64,000 bases of DNA from a bacterium (GCA_963669175.1 OY769902.1:4608001-4672000); one strand, 5' to 3'; counted from the first letter of the stretch, positions 1 through 11,091 are shown. Numbers and translations are program-made. Notes: a model not told the origin generated them from the sequence alone.

Positions 1-1
1 A

Positions 2-364
2 GACATCCGCCTGACCATGGATTTCTACAAGGAGTTGGGTTTTGCATCGGCTACCTACCGGCCGGCCGGGGGAGCGCCAAAACAGGCGACCATCCGTGCG
101 GGCAATGTCGTAATCAACCTTCAATCAGAGGATGCGGTCCTGGAACAATTCCCGGATCTGACACCCTTCCCCGCCCCCGGCGCAGTGAAGATCGAACTGA
201 TTGTAGCGAATGTGGATGAACTCTTCGATGAGATCAAACTGACTACGACCATCGTAGAAGAACCCAACCAACCGGAACCCGGCTACCGTCAATTTGTGGT
301 TTCCGACCCGGATGGCTACCTGATCGTGTTAAAACAACCGATGGGTGAGAAGATTTCGATGTAG
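2..364 (+). CDS. VOC/glyoxalase-family protein (5'-partial)
   Basis: DIRLTMDFY..LGF start and G.RQF.VSDPDG.LI end are typical of the VOC fold. The frame is open to the window edge. Confidence 0.75.
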   Translation, partial: DIRLTMDFYKELGFASATYRPAGGAPKQATIRAGNVVINLQSEDAVLEQFPDLTPFPAPGAVKIELIVANVDELFDEIKLTTTIVEEPNQPEPGYRQFVVSDPDGYLIVLKQPMGEKISM

Positions 365-410
365 GGGTAAAGGAAGACACAAAATATCTACAACTCCAAG
401 CAAACCATAA

Positions 411-1697
411 TCACGGTTCACTAAGCGCCACTTCAATTGCATCGGCCAGTTTGATGCCTGCATCGGTATAGCGCAGGTTTCCGGCATGCCGTTCCAAGTA
501 GCCCCGGTCAAGAAAACCCACAAGTGCGGCAGGCGGCCAGGTGATATCCGCTTTCTGCGCGAGATTTTGCAGCTTGCTCTCCTCTACGCCGTCACGCAAG
601 CGCAATCCCAGCATCACCGCCTCTTCGAACTGTTGCAGCGGGGTTAACACTTCTTCTCCGGCCTGTCCGAAACCGGTGGAATCAACGGAATTAAGCCACT
701 CGGACAATGTATGCTGATTCCAGAACCGTCGTTTTCCTGCCGCCTCAAAGCTGTGCGCCGCCGGACCGATGCCCAAATAGGAGCTGCCATCCCAGTAGGA
801 TACATTCTGACGGCACCGTTTCCCAGGTGTAGCCCAGTTGGATACTTCATAATGCTCGAATCCGGCTTCACGGAGAAGGCGCATTGTTGTCTCGTACTGC
901 CTGACTTCAAGATCTTCCGCAAGCTTGAACTCGTCCTGCCCACGTTGCGCCGCCATGGCATACGGAGTGCCATCCTCTATGGTCAGCCCGTATGCGCTGA
1001 CATGTTCTGGCTGCCAACGGATGACTTCTTCAAGCGTCGCTTGCCACGCATCATAGTTCTCGACCAGCGCCTGGTGCGAATGCTTTTGGGCGAAGCAGGT
1101 CGTGCAGGGCTCATCGTCGATCGACAGCATCTCATGGCGTCCTCTCGCCTCGTCACGCGCTACTCGAGCCGTCTGCACCCCGAAAATCAGGTCCACACCG
1201 ACGTTGTCAAATCCAGCGTTCCGCAAGAGTTGAAAGGCTTTCCGGGCCTGCTCGGCATCGTGGATACGTCCCAAACGTTTTAAAATGGGACGGTCCAGCG
1301 ATTGTACCCCGAGCGATACACGGTTAAAGCCCAGCTCACACCAGCAGACCGCCTTTTCACCGTCAAACGTACCGGGATTGATCTCGAGGGTTCTTTCAGC
1401 GTCCGGGCGAATCCTGAAGTGACGTTCAGCAATGGAAACCAGCCGGGATACCTGGGCAGGTGTCAGCAGCGAGGGCGTGCCACCACCGAGGAAAAGGGAG
1501 TGCGCTTCCATTCCTTTCCAGTGCTGTTCCTGGGAAAGAAGCTCCGCCTCCCGGTCCAGGGTATCCAGGTATTGTGCGACAAGCGCCTCGTTGCCCGCAC
1601 CGATTTCGCAGGACGAGAACGCGCAGTACGGGCACTTGCGAACACAGAAGGGTACATGGATGTAGAGGGCGAAGCTTGTATGCTTCATAGACTTCAC
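411..1697 (-). CDS. hemW: Radical SAM heme chaperone HemW (HemN-like)
   Basis: LYIHVPFCVRKCPYCAF (CxxxCxxC), GGGTPS, RVSLGVQS, YEVSN, YLGIGPAAHS. Confidence 0.9.
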   Translation of the reverse strand: MKSMKHTSFALYIHVPFCVRKCPYCAFSSCEIGAGNEALVAQYLDTLDREAELLSQEQHWKGMEAHSLFLGGGTPSLLTPAQVSRLVSIAERHFRIRPDAERTLEINPGTFDGEKAVCWCELGFNRVSLGVQSLDRPILKRLGRIHDAEQARKAFQLLRNAGFDNVGVDLIFGVQTARVARDEARGRHEMLSIDDEPCTTCFAQKHSHQALVENYDAWQATLEEVIRWQPEHVSAYGLTIEDGTPYAMAAQRGQDEFKLAEDLEVRQYETTMRLLREAGFEHYEVSNWATPGKRCRQNVSYWDGSSYLGIGPAAHSFEAAGKRRFWNQHTLSEWLNSVDSTGFGQAGEEVLTPLQQFEEAVMLGLRLRDGVEESKLQNLAQKADITWPPAALVGFLDRGYLERHAGNLRYTDAGIKLADAIEVALSEP

Positions 1698-1713
1698 CTG
1701 TAAAAAGACACGA

Positions 1714-1751
1714 AAAACGGGACAGACCGCTACGGGTCAGTCCCTGTTTTT
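1714..1751. terminator. Hairpin with A/T tails, probable intrinsic terminator for the S8 peptidase gene
   Basis: aaaaacgggacagacc-gctacg-ggtcagtccctgttttt. Confidence 0.55.
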
Positions 1752-1849
1752 CTTTAGCTATCTCATGTATCAGTTACAAAAGCTATTTGGCCCGATTCAA
1801 TCAACGAACCAAATCTATCTTTTTTCACCTTTTTCACTTGCCACTTTTT

Positions 1850-4573
1850 TCACTTCAACAACACAACCCGTTGAATTGCGTTCAAGCCGCTTTCGTGCAT
1901 CAGGCGAATGAAATACACACCCGAAGCCGCTTCCGCCCCGTTCCAGGTGATTGTCCGGTATCCGGCCTGCATCCGGTGTTCTGTCCAGGTGGCAACCTGG
2001 CGCCCCAACACATCCACCACTTCCACCTGAATATTCCCTGCTGACGGCAAGGCTACCGACAGGCTGACCGTAGGATTGAACGGATTCGGCCAGGCTGACT
2101 GTACGGCGAATTCAGTCGGGAGCGAAGTCCCGAATTCCGGCGCGACACCGACAGGAGCATCGAACCAGTTCAGTGCCGCTTCCAGCAGCTCAACACGGCG
2201 AATGGTCGGTCCCGCGCCTGTGATCGCTTCAACCGCAAAAGCGCAATACATCAGCTTGTACGTTTCTGTCTCAAAGTACAGCGCACCAATTCCGCCACCT
2301 GAGACATAATTGTACGCTGCGACTGCACCGCCCTGCGGGATAATCGCGTCCGGATCGGTACTGTTCCCTGCGCCATCGCCAGCACCCAGTAGAGCCAACT
2401 GTGAGCCTGTGATCACGGGACCGGCAGCGCCATCGGAAGCTGTGAGCGCCTGTTGGGTTGTCGCGTCAGCATCCGATTCAGCCTTCAGAACATCATGGTA
2501 AAAATCTGTGCCGGTCAGTTGTTCATCAATATTCTGACCGAACAGGAAAACCCTCTTCCCTGCCGCAAGCATACCCTGGATCAACTGCTGATCACTTTCG
2601 GAAAGTGGCTGATCAACATCGCCCGTCAGCCAGATAACTTTGTTGCATCCGTCAAACGCTGTTATATCCGGAGTTGCCTCCGCTGCGGATACGGTCTGGA
2701 AAATAATCTCCAGTTCATTCAAGTCGCTCTGCAGGTAGGAATCAAAATCTGCGCCGCCATCATCATCTACCAGGATCACACCGGGAACGCCAATCAGGAT
2801 TGACCACGTTTCCTGAAGAACAAAATCACCCGGCTGGGCGGTCAGCGTAATCCCCATCTCAACCATTCTGCCGGTTTCCCAATCCGCCGGAACTGTAAAC
2901 TGGAACGGTGTACCGGAATTATCTGTCGTTTCTCCAGCGGCAAGGTCACCAAGATTTACGCCAGCGGTGACGATGTCAATGTTATCATCATCGAGTGTCA
3001 TCAAGGCAGCCACATCTGTAGCATTTTCCCAATCCGCATCGCAAGCGACTGTGATGACAACATCAATGGTCTCGCCCGGATCGATACGTCCGTTATCGTT
3101 AGGATCCGACATTTGCATATCGGTAATGGTCAGATGCGGAGATTGTGCGAGGACAAGGGAATTGTAGGCGTTGACACGTCCGGCGCCAAGCATGTTGGCA
3201 TACCCGGGATTAAAGCTGTCAATATTATCGCATCCTATCAGCAGCAACTCTTCCAGACGGTCAACACTCATCTCCGGGTCCAGCGACAGGATCAACCCGG
3301 CCACTCCCGCTGCATTCGGGCAGGCCATGGAGGTGCCATCCCACGCTACATAGTTGTAGTTGTGGTACAGGTTGTTGGAAATAGTGCTCCAGATGCTCGT
3401 GCCCGGCGCGGCGAGATCAACCCAGGTACCATAATTGGAGAAATTCGCAACTACATCGCCGGGACTTGTAGCCGCCACCGCGATCACGTTGTTATACGCT
3501 GCCGGATAACTCTGGGCGCTGCTGCCTTCGTTGCCTGCCGCAGCAAGGGTTAATGTTCCCAGGTTACGGGCATAGTTGATCGCGTTCTGGTAGGCCTGCA
3601 AGCTTCCCCCGCCGCCGAAGGAAATGCTGATGATTCGAGCGCCGTTATCCGCAGCGTACTGGATTGCAGCAGAAAAATCGACAGGATACCCCACGCCATA
3701 CAGGGTTGACCCGCCAATCAGGATGCTGTATCCGGCTCGTAACGGCATGGACCGAACATTCCAGGAAGCCGAGGGCACACCGATATCATTATCGGTAACC
3801 GAAGCGGATGTGCCGGCGACGTGGGTGCCATGTCCATGAATATCATGCCATACCTTGTTGTCACGTGGTGAATACTCCTCACCTTCAGGCACACCATATA
3901 TCTGTTCGACGTCTTCCCGGTCTATCGAAACAAAATCCCACCCGGCAACATCATCAACGAAACCGTTGTTGTCATTGTCGATCCCATCCAGGTCACCACC
4001 ATCATCAACACTGGTAGTATCGAACACGCCGTTGCCGTTGATGTCTTCATCCGGGTTCACATGAATATTAGCAGCCAGATCCTCATGAAATATCTCGCAA
4101 CCGGTATCGATTGTGGTGATGACAACCGATGTATCACCCGTGACAATATCCCATGCGTCAGGCAGATCCATCTGGTTCAGCCCCCACATGGTGTAATTGT
4201 TAAAGTCATCCGGATATACCTGGGCCACATGGTATTCTGAAATTTCAACCGTCAGAACTTCGGAATCCGTTTTAATCTGTCCATAGATACTGGCCGCATC
4301 GGCGCCGTTATCCCACCGGACCTCAAACCAGCGGTTCAACTCATGCCGCATCCACAGTTCTTTGTGGAAATCATCTTGAGGTTCGTAAAAGACAGGGCGA
4401 ATGTGGAGGTTTTCCAGGTCCAGCTTCGCTAATGCTACAGGCACATACTCTGCATATCGCGCCTGTTCAGCCGTATCATCATTCAGTTCAACGACCAGGG
4501 CTGACGGCAATTCAAACGCTGAGGCAGATAACGTCAGCAGTACAAACAGCGCCCACGTGCAGATGTGCTTCAT
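1850..4573 (-). CDS. S8 subtilisin-like serine peptidase with T9SS-type C-terminal sorting domain
   Basis: Signal peptide MKHICTWALF with GGAGG RBS; catalytic triad IDTG / HGHGTH / GTSMA; DNDNNGFVDD..GWDF insert; C-terminal WPNPFNP...GVYF. Confidence 0.9.
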   Translation of the reverse strand: MKHICTWALFVLLTLSASAFELPSALVVELNDDTAEQARYAEYVPVALAKLDLENLHIRPVFYEPQDDFHKELWMRHELNRWFEVRWDNGADAASIYGQIKTDSEVLTVEISEYHVAQVYPDDFNNYTMWGLNQMDLPDAWDIVTGDTSVVITTIDTGCEIFHEDLAANIHVNPDEDINGNGVFDTTSVDDGGDLDGIDNDNNGFVDDVAGWDFVSIDREDVEQIYGVPEGEEYSPRDNKVWHDIHGHGTHVAGTSASVTDNDIGVPSASWNVRSMPLRAGYSILIGGSTLYGVGYPVDFSAAIQYAADNGARIISISFGGGGSLQAYQNAINYARNLGTLTLAAAGNEGSSAQSYPAAYNNVIAVAATSPGDVVANFSNYGTWVDLAAPGTSIWSTISNNLYHNYNYVAWDGTSMACPNAAGVAGLILSLDPEMSVDRLEELLLIGCDNIDSFNPGYANMLGAGRVNAYNSLVLAQSPHLTITDMQMSDPNDNGRIDPGETIDVVITVACDADWENATDVAALMTLDDDNIDIVTAGVNLGDLAAGETTDNSGTPFQFTVPADWETGRMVEMGITLTAQPGDFVLQETWSILIGVPGVILVDDDGGADFDSYLQSDLNELEIIFQTVSAAEATPDITAFDGCNKVIWLTGDVDQPLSESDQQLIQGMLAAGKRVFLFGQNIDEQLTGTDFYHDVLKAESDADATTQQALTASDGAAGPVITGSQLALLGAGDGAGNSTDPDAIIPQGGAVAAYNYVSGGGIGALYFETETYKLMYCAFAVEAITGAGPTIRRVELLEAALNWFDAPVGVAPEFGTSLPTEFAVQSAWPNPFNPTVSLSVALPSAGNIQVEVVDVLGRQVATWTEHRMQAGYRTITWNGAEAASGVYFIRLMHESGLNAIQRVVLLK

Positions 4574-4945
4574 CTTTCCCTCCAAGGTCAACAAACAGAT
4601 TCCACCAACCTTAATAAGATACAGCATGTGACTGCTCATTAACAGGCATTCAGACTGCTCCAACTTCGACAAGAACACCACCTGCAGGTCTTCTATACAC
4701 ACATGTGGCAATCCTGCCACAACTGTCCTGACTCAGGCATGGAAGCCTCAATGCTGACCACCCTCTCCTATAATACTATAATTATCAATGGTTTACATAG
4801 ACCGTGTAAGGTTTTTTACACCTGTAAAATCATATTGGCATACAGTTTGTTTGTGAAGAGACTAAACGCAGCAACTTGTTCATTACGGTAACGCAACAGT
4901 TCACATTCGCTCCAGGCATTCAGGGAGATTTACAAAGGAGTCGTT

Positions 4946-5761
4946 ATGCGCCTGGCTACACTTTACATATTTCTTGCTTCGCTTGTTCTGGTAATCATGA
5001 TCGGTTGCTGGAACAACAATGATGATAAGCAGGATGATGTGTATTTTGCGTTATCTTTACTTGCTCAAGAATCTGATCAGGGTACTCAAGTAACCGTTCT
5101 TTTTGCCAGCACAGACAATTCTGAAGCTCCGGAAGTCAAGATAGACGACCAACGTATCCCGACGTATATCGATGGTTCCCTGGTACGTGGTTTTGGCATT
5201 GTTGACCTGCCCGCCTCCGGTGACCTGCAGTATTCCATCCTGGCGAACGACCGTCTGTCCTGGGGAACGGCTTCTTTCCCGGAAACACCGTCAGGGATGT
5301 TCGCCAATGATAGCAGGCTAGCCAACAACAGCATGGCCGAGTGTTCTTCGCCCGAAAGTGTGAAGTTGCAATGGCAAAAACAGGATGATGTCACGTACAA
5401 GGTTTGCTACACGATCACTAATGGCGACAGCAGCAGGTTCGAATCCCATGCCCAGTACATCAATACACCGACCTATACCATGGTGTTGAATCCTAATTGT
5501 TCCAACGCGCAATGTGTGACCTTCGATGTGGAAGCGATCAATGGCCCACTGTTAATCCCCGGTGAGAAGCCGAACGCTCGCCTGGGATACGGAAAGGGCT
5601 ATATCACAACAACTTCCAACTTCCATTCCGGGTTACAGTTTTCAATGGACAGGCAGAATAACAGGCATGATTTAGCCACCATAAGCCGGCACACTACTGC
5701 AATGGCGAGACTGGCTGACTTCGAAGAATCCTTTTCACGGACGATAAGGATGTTGAGATAG
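4946..5761 (+). CDS. Hypothetical lipoprotein
   Basis: AAGGAG RBS, hydrophobic N-terminus with lipobox MIGC. Confidence 0.7.
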   Translation: MRLATLYIFLASLVLVIMIGCWNNNDDKQDDVYFALSLLAQESDQGTQVTVLFASTDNSEAPEVKIDDQRIPTYIDGSLVRGFGIVDLPASGDLQYSILANDRLSWGTASFPETPSGMFANDSRLANNSMAECSSPESVKLQWQKQDDVTYKVCYTITNGDSSRFESHAQYINTPTYTMVLNPNCSNAQCVTFDVEAINGPLLIPGEKPNARLGYGKGYITTTSNFHSGLQFSMDRQNNRHDLATISRHTTAMARLADFEESFSRTIRMLR

Positions 5762-5818
5762 AGGAGTAAAAAAGTCGCATCGGGGAGTTGACAGCGCCCA
5801 CCCTTCTACCCCGAGCGT

Positions 5819-5847
5819 AAACCCGTCCCAGTGGACGGGTTTTTTCT
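5819..5847 (+). terminator. Intrinsic terminator
   Basis: aaacccgtcc-cagt-ggacgggttttttt. Confidence 0.8.
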
Positions 5848-5929
5848 GTTGAATCCCCTGAAGCTCTTGCATTTCAGCCCTTTCTAATACAGTTTATATG
5901 TAGATGGGAACTTGCATGGGGAGAATAGT

Positions 5930-8425
5930 ATGAAAAACATCAAACCCTTCCTTTTCGTCTTCGTGATACTGTTGCTTGTTTCACCTGTTTTAGCCCAACT
6001 CGATACGATGATTGTGGGCTATTCATCCATTGATTACCAGAAAGCCGGGAGTGTGGGAAGGACCATTGATAATTTCCCTGGTGAATACGGATACTGCTAT
6101 GATCCGGACCTTTTAGTGTGGATCAAGGAACAAGATGAACGTCGATATGCAGCTTATACAATTTTCGATTGTGATAATGGGTATAACTCCTCCCCCGCTG
6201 GAGCACAAATAAATGGGCACGGTCTGGTTGATTATGTGTCACTAGCCACGTATTACGATGATGTCCATTATTACTCCGATTTCTATAGATATGTCACTGC
6301 CTATGGAAAACTGGACAGTAATACGGTAGCCAGTTGTGACTGGATTGACTTTCCTGAGATATTCCTGGAAACAGCTATCGACAACATTGACATCAGCATT
6401 ATCGGTACACCGCATATTTGCATCACAGAAAACGGTATCATTCATATTGTTGCTCACCAGATGAATATTGATTCAACAAATGCTCGAGGTCTGTATTACA
6501 TCCAATGCCAGTATAGTGAGGACGGCTATCATCTCGAACCGATTGGAAGTTTCACCGAAATCACCCCATACGGCCTCAACCTGTCTGCCGATATCGCGGT
6601 CACTGAAGACGGTTCACGAGTTGCGATTGCTGCCGTCATGCACCGTGATGCTGTCCTGAACGATCAAGCATATGCGCCGGACAATTTCAACGGCGATATG
6701 GTTGTCTGGATCAGTGAAGACGGCGGCGAAACCTGGGACTGGGACAATCCCATTAACATCACCGATTTCCAGGGGCCGGAAGACGGTGAAGATCGTGACA
6801 CACTACGCGCATACAACGATGTGAATGTCCTGTTTGACGCCAATGGCACCCTGCACGTCGCCTTTGTAGTCCACGGTTTCCATACTGCACCGGAACGTTA
6901 TACCACCTCGACCTCCCTGATCTATCACTGGGATGAAGCCTTTGAAGTCACCCATCTGGCGGTTGATGCACGTGAACTCGATTCCCACATGTCGCTTGGC
7001 GGCGGAATGCGGACAGTTCAACGTCCCACGATGGCCTATGATGCAAATACACATATCCTGTTCATGGTCTACCAGCGTGCCGGCGATCCCGCTTTTCCTG
7101 AAGACTGTTCTGATGACGGCTATGCGAATTCGGAGATATTTGTCACTGCCAGCCCGCCTTTCCCTACCGCAGGTCGTCTCTGGTCCACACCGGTCAACAT
7201 TACCAATACGCATTTTGAAGGAGAAGGTGGCGCTGCTGCGGGGGAATGTAAAAGTGAACGTGATCCCTGCGTTGCAATCCGAAACGATGATGAGTATTTA
7301 CACATCACGTACCTGCTCGATCTGGATGCAGGAACAGCAGGTATGGAAGAAGGGAATGCAACCAACAATCCAGTCGTGTTCCAGCGTTATGAAAAAACCA
7401 CACTGATAGACGAATTCGAAGCGTTCGCAGCCTGGGTTCCCAACGTGCCCTTGCACCATGATTCAACTGATTTTTGGACCGATCCACTTCATTATTCCTG
7501 GGAGTTGCATGGAAATAGCTTCAATGTAACCTATCCTCCTTTACGGCCGGGAATATTTAGTGATCCTTCAACGATTCGCTTAGGCACCATTTACCCTGGC
7601 GCTACCACGTCTATGGATCATGTGATTATCAACAACACACTCGAAACAGTTGAGATTCTTAATATTCAGTACATTGCCGATAACAACCTGTTCAGTATTG
7701 ACCTTCACATTGGTGACATGATTGCCCCTGTCACCATGCACGAGGTGACAACAACCTTTTCCCCAGAAGTCTCCGGTAACTTTGCCGATGAGATTGTAAT
7801 TCGGACATCAAGTACAAATCATCCTCAGTTTCGTATTCATCTCCTTGGTCAGGCAGCCATACCGATACCAGCCAGCATACATGCATACGCAGATTCTCAA
7901 AATGGAAATGTGGATTTAAGCTGGGAATATGACGCACTTGAGGACTTTGATTCACTCTATTTCAACATTTACAGAGACAACGAGCTAATCGATACATCAA
8001 ATACCCTGAGTTATATCGACCACCTGGAAAACATGCCGAATGCCTTATATGCATACTGGATAACCGCAGTAGCTGAAGGACATGAATCCTTGCGCTCAGA
8101 TACGTATTATATTAATTGGCAGGGATTAGGAGTAGATGACATTGATACCGATTTGTTCCCTACCGAGTGGGCCGTATCCGCACTCTTCCCCAACCCGTTC
8201 AACCCGACTATTCATGCGGAGATCGCTGTTCCTTCCAGTGAACATGTGCAGGTGAACGTCTTCGATATCCTTGGACGAACAGTAGCTACACTGGTCAATC
8301 GTGAGCTGGAAGCCGGGTATCATACGTTACACTGGACCGCCGAGGGACCGTCCGGGGTGTATTTCCTGGTTACGGCAAACTCCTCAGGCTGGCAAGAGAT
8401 AAACCGTGTGGTATTCCTGAAGTAG
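5930..8425 (+). CDS. Secreted T9SS-CTD protein (BNR/Asp-box propeller-like region, Ig/FN3-like domains), paralog 1
   Basis: Signal peptide; SEDGGETW Asp-box; C-terminal FPNPFNP...GVYFL. Confidence 0.8.
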   Translation: MKNIKPFLFVFVILLLVSPVLAQLDTMIVGYSSIDYQKAGSVGRTIDNFPGEYGYCYDPDLLVWIKEQDERRYAAYTIFDCDNGYNSSPAGAQINGHGLVDYVSLATYYDDVHYYSDFYRYVTAYGKLDSNTVASCDWIDFPEIFLETAIDNIDISIIGTPHICITENGIIHIVAHQMNIDSTNARGLYYIQCQYSEDGYHLEPIGSFTEITPYGLNLSADIAVTEDGSRVAIAAVMHRDAVLNDQAYAPDNFNGDMVVWISEDGGETWDWDNPINITDFQGPEDGEDRDTLRAYNDVNVLFDANGTLHVAFVVHGFHTAPERYTTSTSLIYHWDEAFEVTHLAVDARELDSHMSLGGGMRTVQRPTMAYDANTHILFMVYQRAGDPAFPEDCSDDGYANSEIFVTASPPFPTAGRLWSTPVNITNTHFEGEGGAAAGECKSERDPCVAIRNDDEYLHITYLLDLDAGTAGMEEGNATNNPVVFQRYEKTTLIDEFEAFAAWVPNVPLHHDSTDFWTDPLHYSWELHGNSFNVTYPPLRPGIFSDPSTIRLGTIYPGATTSMDHVIINNTLETVEILNIQYIADNNLFSIDLHIGDMIAPVTMHEVTTTFSPEVSGNFADEIVIRTSSTNHPQFRIHLLGQAAIPIPASIHAYADSQNGNVDLSWEYDALEDFDSLYFNIYRDNELIDTSNTLSYIDHLENMPNALYAYWITAVAEGHESLRSDTYYINWQGLGVDDIDTDLFPTEWAVSALFPNPFNPTIHAEIAVPSSEHVQVNVFDILGRTVATLVNRELEAGYHTLHWTAEGPSGVYFLVTANSSGWQEINRVVFLK

Positions 8426-8457
8426 GATTAGCTATTACATAGAATACGGGAGGAGCC

Positions 8458-10965
8458 ATGAGATATCTGAAGACTACTTTGAGCATGATCGTGTTGCTGG
8501 TTGTCTCACACGTAGCAAAGGGACAACTGGATACGATGATCGTGGGGCGTACGAACTGCGATTACCAGAAACCGGGAAGCGTGGGAAGAACAATCGATTA
8601 TATTCGTTTCGACAACCTTTACGACAATTATGGTTCTTGTCATGAACCCGAGTTTATTACATGGATTGATCAAGATATTGCAGGTCGGTACGTCTATTTT
8701 TCTGCGATTGATTTTGACGATAGCATTCAAGAATACACAGGCGGTTTATGTATAACTCCTGAAAGTTCCGTGGACTATGCCACTTGTGCTTCCTACCTCC
8801 TGGATCAAAACCATAACCGTCTTCTTGACATTATTTTCGCCTGTGGTTTACAGAACGAGAATACAATTGTTGGATTAGAATGGTTTATATTTCCTGGTAA
8901 CTTTATGCACGAGGATATCGATAATATCGGTATTAATATAATTGGCAGCCCCCATTTAGCCATTGATGAATCTGGGATTATCCATGTAGTTGCTCATCAA
9001 ATGAATATTGATTCCACGGATGCAAAAGGCTTGTTTTACATGAAATGTGAATTTAATGAGCTTCAATATATGGAACCCAATGATGGCTTTTCTGAGATAA
9101 CCGGGAGTGGTTTGAACCTGTCAGCCGATATTGCCGTTACAGAGGACGGCTCGCGAGTTGCCATTGCCGCTGTAGTTCATCGTGACGCAATCCTCTATGG
9201 ACAACAGCATGCTCTGGATAATTTCAACGGGGATGTGGTGGTCTGGATCAGTGAAGACGGCGGCGAAACCTGGGACTGGGACAATCCTATCAACATCACC
9301 AGTTTCCAGGGACCGGAAAACGGCGAAGATCGTGATACCTTGCGTGCATACAATGATGTAAACCTGCTCTTTGATGCGAATGACAACTTGCATGTTGCCT
9401 TTGTGGTGCATGGTTTCCACACGACTCCGCAACGCTATGCTACACCAACCTCGATGATTTACCATTGGGATGAAGCTTCAAACCTGGTGGCTCTTGCCGC
9501 TGATGGACGTAGCTTTGCAAGCGGGATGGACCTCGGGGCAGGGATGCGTACAGTACAGCGTCCTACGATGACCTATGATGAGTCTATGAGTACGTTGTAT
9601 ATCGTTTTTCAGCGTGCTGCAGATCCGCTCTTTCCCCAGGACTGTTCCGACGACAACTACGCAAATTCGGAAATATTAATTACTGCAAGCCCTCCTTATC
9701 CGGAACCTGGCCTGTTATGGTCTGCGCCGGTAAACATCACCAACACCAGGCATTTTGGCGGACAAGGCGCAATTGCGGGAGAATGTCAAAGCGAACGTGA
9801 CCCTTGCGTCGCCATCCGTAACGTGGATGAATACCTGCACTTTACCTACCTTCTTGATCTTGACGCCGGGACAGCAAACGCGGAAGAAGGCGCTGTAACA
9901 AATAACCCGGTTGTTTTCCAACGATACAGCAAAACTGAGTTACAATCTGAGTTCCAGACGATTCAAACATGGGTGCCCAACGTACCCTTGCATCATGACT
10001 CATCAGACTTCTGGTATGATATCCTCGACTATTCCTGGGACGACCATGGCAGCAGTTTTTATGTCAACCAGTATCCCAGCCCGAATGGTTTTACTATCAG
10101 TCCATTACTGCTGCAATTCGAAAACTGTATCCCCGGTATAGTATATGTGGATACCCTGTTATTACAAAACAGTTCAGCGGACACCATTGACATTCTTGGT
10201 TATCGTTTCGAATCAGGAGGTAATCGTTTCATCACTGAACTGCAAATTGGGACAAGGATTCCACCCGGATCTGAAGCGAATGCGGTGATACGGTTCCGTC
10301 CTGACAGGTTTGGTGGGTACTTCGACAAGTTGATACTTCAGACATCCTGTCAGTTATTCAGTGAGGCGCGGGCGAATCTGTACTGCGAAATGAGTAGTCC
10401 ACCACGTGCTCAAGCTTTAACTGGTACTCTAAATGATACAACCGGGTTGGTCTACCTGAATTGGGAATATGAACCGGCAGAGGTGTCCGACTCAATTATA
10501 TATTCGATCAATCGTAACTATGAATCGATTGGAATGAGCAGAACAACAAGCTTCGTCGATACACTGACTGAATTGCCTGCCGATGAGTACATGTACAATG
10601 TAATCGCGCATTTCAGAAACCAGCCTGCCCCCCGCAGTAACACAATTTCAGTGAACTGGGAAGGATTGGGTATACAAGATGGCGCTGATGAACAACTCCC
10701 AACCGAGTGGGCCGTTTCCGCGTTGTACCCCAATCCCTTCAACCCGACTATTCATGCGGAGATCGCTGTTCCTTCCAGTGAACATGTGCAGGTGAAAGTC
10801 TTCGATATCCTGGGACGAACAGTAGCAACTCTTGTGAACCGGAAAATGGAAGCCGGGTATCATACGTTGCACTGGACCGCCGAGGGACCGTCCGGGGTGT
10901 ATTTCCTGGTTACGGAGAACTCTTCCGGCTGGCGCGAGGTAAACCGTGTGGTGTTCCTGAAATAG
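8458..10965 (+). CDS. Secreted T9SS-CTD protein, tandem paralog 2
   Basis: GGAGG RBS; colinear with 5930-8425, sharing SEDGGETWDWDNPINIT and a near-identical CTD. Confidence 0.8.
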   Translation: MRYLKTTLSMIVLLVVSHVAKGQLDTMIVGRTNCDYQKPGSVGRTIDYIRFDNLYDNYGSCHEPEFITWIDQDIAGRYVYFSAIDFDDSIQEYTGGLCITPESSVDYATCASYLLDQNHNRLLDIIFACGLQNENTIVGLEWFIFPGNFMHEDIDNIGINIIGSPHLAIDESGIIHVVAHQMNIDSTDAKGLFYMKCEFNELQYMEPNDGFSEITGSGLNLSADIAVTEDGSRVAIAAVVHRDAILYGQQHALDNFNGDVVVWISEDGGETWDWDNPINITSFQGPENGEDRDTLRAYNDVNLLFDANDNLHVAFVVHGFHTTPQRYATPTSMIYHWDEASNLVALAADGRSFASGMDLGAGMRTVQRPTMTYDESMSTLYIVFQRAADPLFPQDCSDDNYANSEILITASPPYPEPGLLWSAPVNITNTRHFGGQGAIAGECQSERDPCVAIRNVDEYLHFTYLLDLDAGTANAEEGAVTNNPVVFQRYSKTELQSEFQTIQTWVPNVPLHHDSSDFWYDILDYSWDDHGSSFYVNQYPSPNGFTISPLLLQFENCIPGIVYVDTLLLQNSSADTIDILGYRFESGGNRFITELQIGTRIPPGSEANAVIRFRPDRFGGYFDKLILQTSCQLFSEARANLYCEMSSPPRAQALTGTLNDTTGLVYLNWEYEPAEVSDSIIYSINRNYESIGMSRTTSFVDTLTELPADEYMYNVIAHFRNQPAPRSNTISVNWEGLGIQDGADEQLPTEWAVSALYPNPFNPTIHAEIAVPSSEHVQVKVFDILGRTVATLVNRKMEAGYHTLHWTAEGPSGVYFLVTENSSGWREVNRVVFLK

Positions 10966-10992
10966 AGAGACACGCAAAACTTGCTACGAGCA

Positions 10993-11022
10993 GCCCCGAG
11001 CTATTGTCAGCTCGGGGTTTTC
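10993..11022 (+). terminator. Intrinsic terminator
   Basis: ccccgagct-attgtc-agctcgggg followed by tttt. Confidence 0.75.
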
Positions 11023-11091
11023 TCGCTCTCCAGTCCTTGTTTCTTCAGCACTTGTATCGCCTCCTTTCAAATATTTACACTAATAAAATGA

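Noticed and set aside
5930-10965. Diversity-generating retroelement TR/VR pair in the near-identical 3' ends
   Set aside because: No reverse transcriptase is in the window, the differences are not adenine-specific, and both copies are coding CTDs.
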